Made by a program: the position numbers and the translations under genes | Assembly: GCA_020891255.1 (NCBI GenBank) | Contig: BQFW01000002.1 | Location: 620,001-684,000 of the forward strand | DNA length: 64,000 nucleotides | From: Entomortierella parvispora E1425 | Taxonomy: Eukaryota; Fungi; Mortierellomycota | Direction of reading: 5' to 3' | Shown: positions 48,612-61,816 of the stretch, one piece after another | Position numbering within the stretch: the stretch's first letter is position 1 | How the letters are laid out: each line of letters starts with the position of its first letter | The notes under the pieces: generated by a model | What the model was told of the DNA's origin: nothing | The model's input: only the letters and a program-made list of their open reading frames with translations | The model's database searches: none

Positions 48612-50045
48612 GTTGGTATGTGGGTGTGGGGGAAGGTGGGGGGGAGTGGGTGATGGGGGGGGGGCTGAAGAAAAGAAAGAAAAGAGAAAAGAGAAAAGAG
48701 AGGGAAGAGGAGATAAAAGGAAGGTGAGAGCATCGGAGACGGGGACTGTGTCTGTCAGATACACAAACAGATTCAAAAAATCTTTTTCTATTGAGTTCGT
48801 CTGATTGAATCGATCTTGCTGACGCTGTAGGAGATTGTGGGGTTGACGAGGATGAAAGAACGAGGGTTCACTTACATCCTCTTGTTCCTCCCAGCCTTCC
48901 TTTGTTCCTGACTCTGACCGCCCTTGTCCTTGTTATCCTTTGTCCTTTGTCCTCTTGGGAGGCACCTCCACTCTGATTGACTCCGCCTTGGAGCAGATCT
49001 GTCGTTTCCTCTCGCTCCTCCTCTAATATTGAAACCCGTCCTAGACATCACTGGGCTGGGTTGTTTGTTCACAGTCTGACAAGGATACCGAAGTGTCCCT
49101 ACCACCACAATCATCTTGGAGGTGATTTACAAAAGGCAGAGTCAACCCATCACTCTGGCAGGTGCAATTGATGCAAAGGGGACGAGCAAAGATTACCGAG
49201 CGAGTAGAAGAGACATTGCTCCTGGAGGATAGGTCCTCATCCTGAGAGAGCGGTTCAACTGCAACACAGTTTGAGAAAGGTGGAACCAGTCAATAAGGAC
49301 GTGAGTGTGGGATGGAGTCAAGCGCGAAGGGTGGGGGGAAGGCTGAATGTGCCTGCCAGGAACAGTTTCTTTTAGCACCCAGCAAGGTGGAGAACTCAAG
49401 GACTCTTTGTTTCTTATCAGCCAAGATCGCAGCCCCTCATTGGCCGATGTGCCAAACCTTCTCTATTATCTCGAACTCTTTCTGCCGCCCTCGCTCTCTT
49501 CAATTCTCCTCTCCGCGCACTTGCAAGGCCCACGCTCTGAGGCCGTCCTGTCCTCTGTGTACTCTCAAGTCCCAAACTAAGGCTGGCCCATCTTCCCTGA
49601 TGGCCCATTCACTCTCTGCTGTTTTACTTTAGGTGCTCGGTCGTTGTTTCCTGCCAGCAGTGCTCCGAGGCAGCATGCGTCGAGGCTGTGACCCCAGAGG
49701 TCAGTAACGGTTGGGGCTGCCTTGCAAACCCAGCCAGTTTGATCTTCCTAAACCCGACCTGGCACCTCTCCTATCCAACCCACCCCATACCCTCTCAGTC
49801 TGCGACTGGTCTCAAAGCTGCTGAGGAACACTCATTTGTACTCTCCTCAACTTATGAACTCACGAAGTCGTCAATGTATTTGTTCCATTATCTCCTCGAT
49901 GTTGGAGTCATAAAAAGACACCGCCCGCAATAGTTTTGGTGGCTGCATTGACCTCGGCTCTCTCTGCAAAATAAAAAGCTTCCTTATCTCCCCTCGAGCT
50001 GCATGCAAATGAGTATTGATCTATGCACCTCGATCAACAAGAACG

Positions 50046-52569
50046 ATGGAGAAGAAGTTCCAGGGTCGTACAAGCGTCTCCCAAAAAAAGGACCAGGAAC
50101 TCCAGTGCACACGCCACCAAAACACTGAAAAGACAGCAGATGGCCGTCTGAACCCGCAACTGGACAAAGAGTGCACTGCTGTGGATCACCACAGTGATGG
50201 TGCGGATCATTCGTTGATATGCGTCCAAGTGTGGGCACCATGGAACAAAGAGTTCCCTTGTTCATTCACATGCTTTGCCTCCATTCCCCCTCTCGCAATC
50301 TCATTCGCTTCCCACAACTCATTCATGCGACCAGCATTCACAAGACAACATATGGCAACCAATCCCAACTTCCGTAAGAACTTGAATACCATGCTCTGAC
50401 AATGCACCTTTTCCCACTGTTAGCCAGTGTTCTAATCCTCCGCTCTACTTTCCTAGAGGAGTTCCTACAGGACGGAGACTATCTTGAAGAAGAATGGCAG
50501 CGCGTCTATGACCTCAGGTTCTGCACCATCTTGGTACCTCTGCCACCGCATCTTGCCAGTAGAGCCAGATCAACGGCTGTGAAAGATGACCAGCAAGTGG
50601 AAGGCACCCCAGAGGTTGGGGAAGAGCACGGCAGCGATGAGGCACACGTTCATGACCGACATTTGCCACTGACAGACATGTCAACGGAGGCGACGGAGGC
50701 CGACCTCCAAATTTTACCACCTTCTCCAGAGCCAAACAGTCCATCCCCAACACACTCACATCTGACAGACCTTCCTCTTCAAACCAGAGCGAGAAAGGCC
50801 GGAGCCACAAAACGATGTCAACTAACAAAGAGCAAAGGAGCCAGATCAGCCTCAAGGTAAAAAGTAGCGAAAAGTCTTTAAGTCTTTGGTTGCAACCGTG
50901 CTTACTCGTAGTCCCTTACGTTTCCCTCCTCCAGTGCGTCGTCGTCGCTTCAGCCTTCATCTTTATCTCTGGACACTGATCAATCTCGGGAATCAAGTGA
51001 GACTCCTCCCCATCAATCACAAGAACCTCCCGCCGACGATGATGGATACATGACAAATGTAACAACCAGCAAAGTCACGGTCGAGTTGTCGCAGCCGTCA
51101 TCCTCTACGAACACTGCCGAATTGGAAGGCGAGGACGAATTGGACCATATTCTCGTTCCTGTATCTGCGTGTGAAGGTTTGCTCCCCATGTCTCCACCCG
51201 AGTCAAGGTCCACTCCGGCCAAGCGAAAGCGATGGGAATTAGACCCGTCTCAAGGTCTTCTTCACCCCTGTCAACCCAGCAGCCCACCCAAGCGCGTTAC
51301 TCTCTCATCTCCGACTTCACCTGGGGGGATCACTACTGTCGGACGGACCCCTTCTAGTCTCTTGAAACCTCGATCCTATGAACCTTCTACGACACGGTCC
51401 TCTTCGTACATGTCACAAAGCTCCTTTGGAGGCGCTACAAGCTCCTCCAGTGATGGCTGTCTTTTCAAGTCTACGGTCCCACTCTCCTTGGAGGAGAGCG
51501 TGAGTGATGGTTGCGTATGGTCTAACGGGGACTGGAGGGGACTTAAGAAGGTTTATCTGGAGATGAACGGAGACACTCAATCCGAGGAAGGCCTAGGCCT
51601 GATTGCCGATCGGTTCCTTTTAGAAGATGCAGCGAGAAATGGAGGTGAATCGAGATGGGACAGGTAAGGAAACATGACTAAACCAAAACGGAGAAAACTT
51701 TTCGGTAATGATAACCCATGAATTTTTACTGTAAATAGGCCAAAGACTATGACACGTTGTATTGCTCTGCAGATGGTCGAAAGAGAAAGGCAGAGGCAAG
51801 CGCTTGTATACCCTATCAAGCTGCCTCCAACACCCTACACCCCACTCCTTTCTCCACTGCAGGTAACAAATGGTTGTGTCCCAGAGAGATTCGTCAGAGG
51901 AAAGACCTGTGCACTCAAATCCATCAAAAATACATTGATCTCTAGGCACATTCCGCACGGCGACAAGTTCGAACCACTGCTTCCCCTGCTGGACTTCAAC
52001 GCTCTAGAAACTCATCACAGCCTTACCCTACGCATCTGTTACGCGACAAAGCTACAAAATCCATCGACTCTAGGGCATCCTCAAGCACCACTATGACTTC
52101 CGTTGATAGCGACAATGCTGAAGACAGAGCATTCACAGGTGCAGCGCAATTGATAGCTGAACATCGCACTCAAAGAAATAGCCGCCTCAAGAAGCAAGAT
52201 CCAAACCAAGGTTCTCAATTGAAGTCGATTGTCAAAGCTCGGTTTGCAGAGGGCTTGGACAGCGTCCGACAGCTTCTGGGATTCTGGAAGGAAGTTGAGC
52301 AAGGGAATTCCGAAACAAAAGAGGACGTGCTGGTACCGCTTGTTCCCCTTCATCGCGTCCGGTCAGTTGTTGATGCGTTTGAATGTGGTAACATGGACCT
52401 GTCGACCTCTTCAGATTGTGCGGGATTAACGGATGAATCCTCGTCCCCTCGTACTATCAGTTCTTCATCCTGGGGCGCCGAGAGTACCACCATCAAAAAC
52501 TCGGACCAGGAAGAGTTGGCGCCCCTGGATCAGCCAGAGCAGGAGGACCAGCCAAACGCATCCTCATAG
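50046..52569 (+). CDS. Hypothetical multi-exon protein of unknown function
   Basis: Open frames join through GT-AG introns (approx 50374-50420, 50857-50934, 51665-51737, 51806-51945). S/P-rich middle and a WSNGDWRGLKKVY..IADRFL..ESRW..RCIAL block. Start codon and exon boundaries are uncertain. Confidence 0.5.
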
Positions 52570-52675
52570 TCTTCTATTTTTTTGCCACCAATTTTGCATG
52601 GAATTAAAGCAGTCCCTGAACTTGAAAAACACAGCATTCATGAATCCACCATTGTCCCCCATTTATTCCTCCAGG

Positions 52676-54647
52676 ATGGAACATGTCAATGCTGTCTGCG
52701 AAAGGGAGGGCTACCCTATTGTGGTCGAAAACAGCCCTACACTTGGAAATCATGCTATAGCTTCCAGGGATGTTCCTCAAGGCGAAGGGCTTCTGAGGGT
52801 ATATATATTTTTTTTCACTCTCTCTTTCAATTCAATGTTTGAATATATCGCATCGCGGTTCATACCCAGAGCGCTGAAGGCCGGACAGAGCCATTCTTTG
52901 ATGGCCCTCCATTGACGATTTTCACTTATCCCCCCAGGTTATACCCTATGCTGCAGAGGCCTTTGACAACTTCAAGAAGCGCATGTGCCAAGTGTGCCTC
53001 CTCTATTACAACCGAGGCGCCTACAGTTTTCGATGCCAGGATTGCGACCAAGTCTACTTCTGCTCCTCAGCCTGCAAGGATCTCGCCATGGATCCCCAAA
53101 TGGGCTGCCATTTGAAGATCTGTCGTGCCTTTCGGAAGTTGGCCACATGGAACTCGGACCGACATACCAAGAGTATCATCAAACTCTTATTACAAGTCCT
53201 AATGAACCATTGGAGAGAACGACAAGGATTTTTGACCGCATACCAGAATCGACAGTTGTTGCTGAGAAAAGCGGAAGAGGGCAAGGAACAGGGACTGGAT
53301 CGCGAAAGAGAGGAAAGGGCAGCCGAGGGAGTCGCAACAGAACTTTCGGCCATGGCGTTGGACTCAGAGGCTGAGGGGACAATAACACAGGCTGCTATCG
53401 GACAGAATACCCAGGACAACAGTTTCAAGGACGACCAACCATATCCCATTCTCTCGCCAGGTCATTCACCATCACCGTCAGAGCAGCAGCAGGAAAATGA
53501 TGGCCGGGACAGAATCCAAGAGCCAGTTGAAAATAATTTCTACGACTTTTTATTGCTTCAATCCCATTTCGAGGACTGGGATGAAGAAGACAACAAGGAT
53601 TGGAACAAGCAGTCTCAAATCGTGCTCTCATTACTGGACCTTGCAGGCCTGACCGAAGTTGCGATGGGGCGGGATGAGCCATTGAGACCCCTCACGAGTG
53701 CGGATATCAAAAGGATGATCAGTGCACTGGAAAGCAATGCTTTTGGGATGTTTGATCGGTCGAAAACAAAGCCTGTTTGCTTTGGTCGAGGTAAGGACAC
53801 AGAATCCTTATCCATTGCTGATATTGACGCGACGAGTTGAGACTGACGAAACCACTCTTTTCTATTGTCTAGCTGTTTTTCCGATGGCGAGTTACTTCAA
53901 TCACAGCTGCGACTGTAATGCAACGGCGGTGCAGGCTGACGGGTCCATGGAGGTGATTACGGGTCTAGACGTCCTCGGATTAGTTGACTCTGAAGCAGCA
54001 GACAAGGCAGGAAGGGAGAAGGCAGGATTGCCGTTGACCTCATTGTCTAACCAGGCGACCCCATCAACTTCGACTTCTTCTCTGTCATCCTCCCTTCCAC
54101 CCGATACCCCTCCTGTGGCAACTACAGTGGCGAGTACAGGAGACACCATGGGAGACAAGGATGAAGAGGGTGATGTTGTACCCGAACTTGTTGTAGATCC
54201 TTACGAGTCGAGAGTGGGCGAGTTCCGAATGATGACATTCTTCGCCACTAAGGATATTTCAAAAGGTATGAAGCACTGTCCTCCCATTTGTCTAAACCTG
54301 GCCTCTGGCTTAACATAGAATCTTTTTCCCCCTTTTCCCCCAATATTCTTCCTATATGGCGCTTCTCATTAGGCGAAGACATTACCATCTCATACATCGA
54401 CACTGAAATGCCTTTGCACGCCCGTCGACTAGCACTCTTGAGCGACTATCATTTCCATTGCTGTTGCGAGCGGTGTCTCAGAGAAGAGAAGCTAGGACCT
54501 TCTGGATCAGGAACTGGAGCTTCACCCATTTCTACCCCATCTAGCACTCCATCATCCCCTTCTTCGAAAAAGATGGCTGACAAAGGACCATCGAAAAAAG
54601 ACGTCAAGAAGGGAAAAAGGCATCAAGCACGAATCGCCAAAAAATAA
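52676..54647 (+). CDS. SET-MYND (SMYD-like) lysine methyltransferase
   Basis: GNHAIASRDV, MYND-type CQVC..CQDC..FCSSAC..CH..IC, SNAFG, ASYFNHSC, GEDITISY, post-SET CCCERC. Confidence 0.88.
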
Positions 54648-55302
54648 ACAGAGCCATCCATGCCAGTATTATGACTTTATGTATTGTAACTCTAGGACTG
54701 GAAAAGGTCGATCACAGACATCGAATCCGGATGCGATAAGTACTTCCACCTCGAAAAAATGGATGAAGGACTAGAAGGTAGACGATAAACGTCAAGATTA
54801 ATGAGGCCAGCATGGCTTGAGGTGTCCTTGTCAACTAGACCTTTCTCTTGATTTTTCGAGTTGAGTCCTGGATTTGGGTTGACTGCGATACAAAAAACAA
54901 AAAGACAGTTTGGGAAGAAAGGAAGATGCTTGTTGGGCAGATGACTCGCTTCTGCCCACTGTCTGTGGAGCGTGGACTTAGGATGGATCAACCCAACATT
55001 TCTGCAGACAGACAAGACACAACCACACCTCCGACCAAAGAGAGAGTGCGCCATGCATCCATTTCACGCTCTTATTCTGTTTTTCCACAAAAGAGCAGCG
55101 AACATCCCCTTTCGTAACTAAAATTACTTCATTATTTGATGCGTCATTTATTCAAACGCGAAAAGAATTGGGTATTGCTGTGAGGTAAAACACACTCATA
55201 TCATTCGATTGAAAGAAAGAATAAAGAATGAAAGAAAAAAACAATAGTCCACTTGGACTGGAGTCAATAGTTGACAGGAGTAGTGGGGTGGGATCCGTGA
55301 TC

Positions 55303-56919
55303 TTACTCCTCATCGCTCTCCTCGTCGCTGTCTTCCTCGCTCTCGGCCTCAGCGAGCCAGCGGAGGAAGGGCTCAACACGGGTGCGAACCTCCTTGGCCT
55401 CGTCACGGCTGACGTACTTCTTGCTAGGCTTCTCACCCCACTTCAAGATAACATCCTCCTCCAAAAGGTCGTTGTCGTAGAAAGCCTTCAAGATCAAGGG
55501 AGCCTTCAACATCAAAGTCTTGGAGGTGATCAACACGCGCTCCATGCCTCCCAAAAGAGCCTTCTGGTTCTTCTCATTGACAACAAACTAGGATTCAGGA
55601 ATGAATAGAAAGGTTAATAATCCGACTGAACGGTCAATTCCTGAAAAGTCAGTGGGTAATGCATAGTCCTTCTTCTTACCTTTCTCAACAAGGGAGTGCG
55701 GGTCTTAATCTCACGGGCCATGTCATCGGTGAAAATGCACTGGATCAGGACGGTGACAGCGCGAGACTTGGCAGTGACACCAAGTTCCTCAGCCTTCTCC
55801 AGGATCTCGGCCTCAGTGGCTTTGGGGTTCTCGTCCAAGTAATCACCAAAGAGCTCGTAGGGGTTCTCGCCATCGGCATCGCCATCCTCATCGTCATCCA
55901 AAGTCAACTGAGTCTTGACGCTGCCCTCCAGATCTCTCATTCTAGCGGCGGCTCCCTCAGCGGATGTGTCTACGGACCAGTCGTCACCCAAGGCAGACTT
56001 GTAGTTGTCAGCATCAGGGATAGCAGCGGCCTCCTCCTTGATCTTCTTGGTGAAGTCATCATCTTGATCCTCCTCTTCCTCCTCAGTGGGGGTGGCGGTA
56101 CCTCCGTTCTTCTTGCTCTTCTTCTCGGACTTGTCAGCCTTGTCAGCCTTCTCGATCTTGCTCTTCTTTCCATAGGCACCGTTGGCGGGAGGGTTCTTGA
56201 TGATGTAAGTCGAGAGCTTGTGAACGTTCTCACCCTTGTTGCGACGACCGCAAGCGTTGCAGTACATCTGAATAGTCTGGGACTTATCCACAATGATGTC
56301 GGTCTCGGGGTTGCCGCAGGATGGGCAGAGAACAAACTTCTGGATGAATCCGTTCAAGAGTTGCTGAAGCTTGGCGGCATCGTGGGCACCGTTGACAATG
56401 TAGCGATCGGTCTTTTCGTCACACTTGACCTGAGCGCCGAGCTCGCATCCAAAGTACTTGGTGGGGTCTATGTCGTAAAAATACAGGTTAATTACCATTG
56501 TTCGTTCTATAGAATGCCAAATATGAATCCATTTCATCGCAACGCAAACCATACAGGTGCTGGGACGGCAAAGAGCGCGGGCAATGTCTGCCATGTTGGG
56601 GATGACGGTCTTGATGCCATTTCCTTTGCCCTCGATCTACATAGGTTTGCATTTACAAAGGCCAAGTTAGTCACAGAGCCCAACAACACCGATCCGCAGT
56701 CGATATGAGCCGGTCCTTTCAAATGTTCCATTGCAGCAGAATCCATTAAGACAGTAATGCAGTGCTCCCTTCTCTGCCCCCTTCCATCCTTCGAACCACA
56801 CCACATTTCGGAACTCAATCTGGCCTGCAGGTGACAATAATTACCTTGGAGACGAGTCTGGGCATTTTGTAACGGTAAAAAGCATCGTCGCTTTGACCTC
56901 CAATGTTAAGATTAGCCAT
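55303..56919 (-). CDS. TIF5: Translation initiation factor eIF5
   Basis: [18 protein letters not shown]|..[34 protein letters not shown], and a W2 domain ending [12 protein letters not shown]. Confidence 0.97.
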
Positions 56920-57070
56920 GATGAATAAAAGTTGAGTGGTGTAAAAAGGTCGAGTTAAGATATAGTGGAGTCGAGTCTGCGGGCGAGAATTCGAATATCT
57001 GGTGGATGCGACGTTTTGGGCGAAGGGTGGGGGTGAAGGGCTTTTAAAAGGGCAGAGAAACTAGGCAAGT

Positions 57071-57148
57071 TCACGAGGAAATGACTAGAAGTTTAAAATT
57101 GGTTTTGGAGTGCGGAGAATCAGATATCGCAGGATGGTAACAAGGCAT
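57071..57148 (-). promoter_or_regulatory. Candidate upstream ORF (25 aa) with poor-context AUG in the eIF5 leader
   Basis: cttATGc (C at -3, C at +4) encoding MPCYHPAISDSPHSKTNFKLLVISS*. It is the only AUG in about 380 nt upstream of the main atcATGg. Confidence 0.5.
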
Positions 57149-58390
57149 AAGAATGCTTGGCAAGTTGAAGGATGGGGGGAGGAGGAGGGGTGGAGTTCCT
57201 TGAGAAAGAGCGGGGGGGTGTAGTTGTTGTTCGAGCTGTTGGACAGGGAATGCGCAGTTGGGATGTGGATGAATGAAGAAAGAAGGAGACCTTTGGGAAC
57301 AGCGCAACTCTGGATAAACAATTTGGCTTGTGGCTTGTAAACTTATCACGTGCGCGATCAAGTTTATTAGCACGTGACACGTTCCATCCAACCACGAATT
57401 GGGCCTTCGTCGCGCTTGCGCCAATGGAAGGCGATACCAAATGCAGTGGTGGCAAAACAAACCCACCCCTTGCCAATTCTCGGCTTTCGTGTGCCATCCC
57501 GACAAGCAACCAAGGCCAATCGCGAGACATGTCCATGTGTTCCCTAAACAAGTTGCCCCTGTCCAATCGCGAGGCCGAATTTTGTCCAAGAGCTGGGGGG
57601 TTTTTTTTTTTTTTTTTTTTGCATCGCCTCCTGTACTCCCCTGTGCTAATTTCGATTCTGATGGCGAAGGAACGCGTCAACTCTCTGGACGATTGAGATG
57701 GCGGAATGAATAGCGACCCTGCTCTCGAGATGAGGCAGATCAGTTTATTTTTATTTCGCTTACTTCAATTTTTTTGGCTGTCAACCTGAACAGCTCGACT
57801 TGTTGATGTAGAGCTTCGACTTGGTGCCGACTATCTTGACTGCACTCACAAGCGACCCGGGTAACTAGAGCCCCCCTTCTTCCCAACAAACAAGAAAAGC
57901 GTTACAAAAGAAAAGAGAAAAAAGTTAAACTTCAGAAAACAAAGCAATCGGTTGCCTTCCTCGGAAAGAACAGACGAAAAAGCGGCGCGTCGAACCAGGG
58001 CAAGTGGCAGTGCGCTGGTGATTTGTGAGCAAAGGAATGCCTACAAAAAAGTGCACGACACTGTGCCCCCTCTCCGAGATGGGTGCGTGCTTCAAAAGTT
58101 TAACGAACTGGATCACCAGTCGACTCCGAGAGTCAGGCTGACCCTTTCTGGGCGACGAACAACAACAAAAACGGCCAATGCTCCTCGGGTCTGAACAAGG
58201 CCCTAGCTGCCCTCCCCTGTATATAACTCGACTTCACTGGCGGCTCCTCCCCTCTCTCTCCCTCTTTTGTTCTCTTGCTTCTCCTTCTGCTCCCTGTGCC
58301 TCTTTCATCCCCCAACTTTTTTTTTACCTAAACCACCAACCCTTCGACTGCCCTTACCCTCCTACCTCCTTTGGCTTCTAATCACCAGCC

Positions 58391-59592
58391 ATGCGGTCCT
58401 ACATCAAAGCCGCCTCTTTGGTCGCTTTATCGACCTTTGGTCTCCTCGTCCAGTCTCAGGAAATCGTACAACACTTTGTCAAAGACGGTGCCGACGGCGG
58501 ATTCAAGGATTCTCTCAATGGTCTGAACACCTTGACAGTCGGACCCTATCCTCAAGTCAAGGTCGCCGCTGATGGTGTCACTCCCAACCCTGCAGCGTCG
58601 CTCATGGGTCTTGGCAAGCGCTACTATTACTGCAATTCTGGTTATTATATCTGCGGGTATGTTTTTTTTTTTTGCCAGGCAATTGATGAGAGCAGGATAG
58701 CTGAGTACGACGCTCTAACAAGTGCTGAACCTATTTTTTTGATATAGAAACGGATGCTGTCCCAATGGCGAAAACTGCTTCTCAAAGTACGGCAGATGCT
58801 GCCCCTCCCAGTACGATTGGATGTGTGGAGGCACCTATTGTTGCCCAGTAAGTCTTTTTCTTTGACCGCAAGCTTTCTCGTTCAATACCGTTTACTTGAT
58901 GACTGATATAGCATCTGACTTTCATTCCTCCTCTAGTACAACTCTTGCCTGTCTAACGGCCACTGTGGCTGTAATGACAATCTCTACAGATGTGGCAACT
59001 CTTGCTGCAAGTACGGATGCAATGCTTCTGGCGACTGCGGTTGTCCCTCAAATTACCCCGTTGATTGCGGCAGCTGTAAGTCAAATCCCATTCTCGAGCC
59101 CCACTCTAGAGCTATTCTCATACCCAGGATCATTATGTTGCAGGACAGTCCTTCTCATCCTTTCTCATCTTCAACTTTTGGTTGCAAAAACTAGCCAACA
59201 TCTGTTGCCCTGCTGGCAGCGTTTGTGTCAACGGCGGTAAGCAATGTCAAACTACCATTGGCGGAGGCGGCGGAGGTGGTGGAGGTGGCGGAACCTCACC
59301 ACCACCACCACCACCACCACCACCTCCACCTAAGCCTTCCCCATCTCCTGGCGTAGTCCCCCCTGTACCTCCTCCTGTGACTCCCCCTGTTACTCCCCCT
59401 GTTACTCCCCCTGTGACCCCTCCTGGTGGTGGAAGTGGCGGTGGCGGCGGAAGTGGAGGAGGAGGAGGTGGTGGCGGCGGCGGTGGGGTGATTGCTCCCG
59501 TGCCCGGCCCTTCGAGTGATGGAGTCAAGGAAGGAGCCTCGAGCCTCGCCATTGCCGTCACCATGGCGGCAATTGTAGCGTTGATCGCGTGA
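58391..59592 (+). CDS. Secreted Cys-rich protein with KR processing site, Gly/Pro stalk and GPI-type C-terminus
   Basis: Exons approx 58391-58656, 58748-58847, 58936-59076, 59195-59592. Signal peptide, GKR|YYYC, 24 Cys in CC-containing repeats, poly-G/poly-P/(VTPP)n, hydrophobic tail. Confidence 0.82.
59262..59490 (+). repeat. Coding low-complexity Gly/Pro repeats including (actccccctgt(t/g))n = (VTPP)4
   Basis: GGN and CCA triplet runs and 12-nt units read directly. Confidence 0.85.
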
Positions 59593-59836
59593 GGCCAGCT
59601 ATGAACTATCTCTTGTTATCTATCGCTAATAATGGACAGGAATAAACGAAGGTCCTCTGCCGTTTCTATCTTACTCTTTGACTGCAGAATCGCACAGCGA
59701 TTCATATTTTATTCAATGTGCAAGTAGTATATATGAAGGAGGAACGATATCCTTTCTTTTTTTTTTGGTTTCTCGCCAATGACATTCTTGGAAGCAACCA
59801 AGAGCTAGAGCTTGCATCTTTTACGATAATATTTTT

Positions 59837-61816
59837 TTAGCAAGCGCCACCATCCTTCCAGACAGTCCAGGAGACAGACGAGGGGGTGTCACCTTGGGTC
59901 CACCACTGGTTAGTCCACAAGTGGCCGCCATAAGTGACCTTCGTGCCGATAGTACCGTAGGCAGTAGTGCTAGACCAAGGAGCGACACCGGCGCAAGGGC
60001 CGGATCCAGGAGTTGTGGGTGAGGGGGTGGGAGCTGCCGTAATGGAAGTTGGGGCCTTCGTGGTTGATGTGGCAGGTGCAACGGTGCTTGTCACAGGGGC
60101 AACTGTGGTAGTGACTGGGTTGACGGGGCAGTTGGTGGTACAGTGAATGTTCTGAAGGACAGTGATCAACTCGCCATTGTAATCGTACGACATGTCCCAG
60201 AGCATCACACCCTTGACACCAGCAGCCTTGGCATGGTTGACCTTGATGGTGAGCGACTGAATATCATCGTATGAGACAAAGGTATTATCCGACTGGCGGA
60301 ACAACCAAGGAGTCTGGGTCTGATCATCCCAGTATCTGGTCCAGCCAGCAGCGGCGGTGGTGGGAGTGGTCAGAGCGGCAGCACGAAGCTCCTTCCACTT
60401 CCACATGCCAGAGTAAACGGAACCTTCGTTGCAGTAGAAGTTGACGTCGTTGGTATCGCTGGGACCACCCTTGGGGGTCACGTTGGTCTTGTTGACATAC
60501 ATGGTGATGGGGCTCTGGGTATTCATGTTGACGGTGGTGGTAACGGAGCGACCATAGAAAGCAGTGCCAACAACGAGCTGGTTCACGGGGAACTTGGCAG
60601 CTGTCCAAGAGTCGATGGCCTGGATAACAGAGTACTGATCAGCCTTGCCTGCAGGGCCGTTTTTGAAGGGGGCATTGGGACCAGTGGTGGCGCTCCAGGA
60701 TCCCATGATATCGTAGGCCATGATGGCTACATGCAAATTACCGGAATGAATGTAAACATTGTCAGCTCGCTTTTGATCATTATGAGAAGCGCGCACAGTA
60801 TTTCAGATCAAAACAAAAACGAACGTACCAACCCAGTCAAAGTACTGAGCAAAGGCAGAGACATCAGCCAGGGGTCCATTGGGACCATCGAAAGGCTGAA
60901 CACGAACAGCAGCGGTCAGCAACTTGCGGGTGTTTGGGAACTCAAGGTCCATCTGAGCACGCAATTCCTTCAACAGTACGAGGTAGTTGCTGGCGTCGTT
61001 AGGGGTGTAGACGTTGCAGATGGCACCAGCGCGTCCAGGATACTCCCTGTTCATGCAAAGGGCAGAGATGAGGTCCTTGTAAGAATGAGAGACTTCAAGC
61101 TTGTTCTTCCAAAAAGAAACAAAAAAAAAAGCGAACAACATACCAATCAAGATCGATACCATCCATGTTCCAGCCATCAGGAGTGGTCTCATAGGGGGGC
61201 AAGGTGTTGTTACGAACAAAGACCATGGCGTTGTTGATAAACTTCTTGCGGAGGCCAGCATCGGCAGCGATCGTCGAGAAGGTCTGGGAACCGGTCCATC
61301 CTCCGATCGACATCAAAATGGGAACACCAGCCTGATTTCCGCGAGTAACGAGCGCGCGCATGTTGTTGCCTATCGACATTCCACCGTAGAAATCAGAATC
61401 TCTGTGTTTTACGCCTCATCCTGTTGTCAACGTGGTAGAAAAAAAGGGGGTTAGCTATGCAGCTTACCGTCATAGTATCTGTCAAAAATGATGGTGGTGG
61501 GATCAGGGTTGGTCTTGACAGTGACGCCAAAACCGCTAGAAGAATCAAGTTGATGTCGATTGTTAGTCGTTTGAAAGTTTGCGAGGCATCAGGGGAGTAT
61601 GAACAGGAATCGTTTCGCAACTTCAAGATCCGGTACGAAAGAAACGTACTAGTTGATGTGGGTGTACTTGGTCATGTCGAGACTGGCGACGGGGACATTG
61701 CCCCAGGGAACCCAGTAACCAACGACAACGTTGTTGCTGGCAGCGCGCTTTTCAACTGGAGCTGCGGATGCTATAGCAAAGGCTGTGGCAGCCAAAGCGA
61801 TGAAAGAGAGTCTCAT
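59837..61816 (-). CDS. Secreted GH18 chitinase with Thr/Pro linker and C-terminal CBM5/12 (ChtBD3)-type chitin-binding module
   Basis: Signal peptide plus EKR, SIGGW, DGIDLDW|EYP (DxxDxDxE intact), IMAYD, MLWD, and C-terminal CAGVAPWSSTTAY..VTYGGHLWTNQWWTQG. Confidence 0.95.

Noticed and set aside
55659-56708. 349-aa plus-strand ORF
   Set aside because: Antisense to eIF5. Long shadow ORFs arise from strong codon bias, as also seen opposite POP (13589-14218), M13 (1390-2073) and PDI (33460-34230).
56638-56844. Possible H/ACA snoRNA in eIF5 intron 1 (AGAGAA and ACA present)
   Set aside because: The hairpins are weak and I could not find convincing rRNA-complementary pockets.
45116-61816. GlcN-6-P deaminase, omega-amidase and chitinase as a chitin/nitrogen catabolic cluster
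   Set aside because: They are separated by unrelated housekeeping genes, and no GlcNAc kinase, deacetylase or transporter is present.
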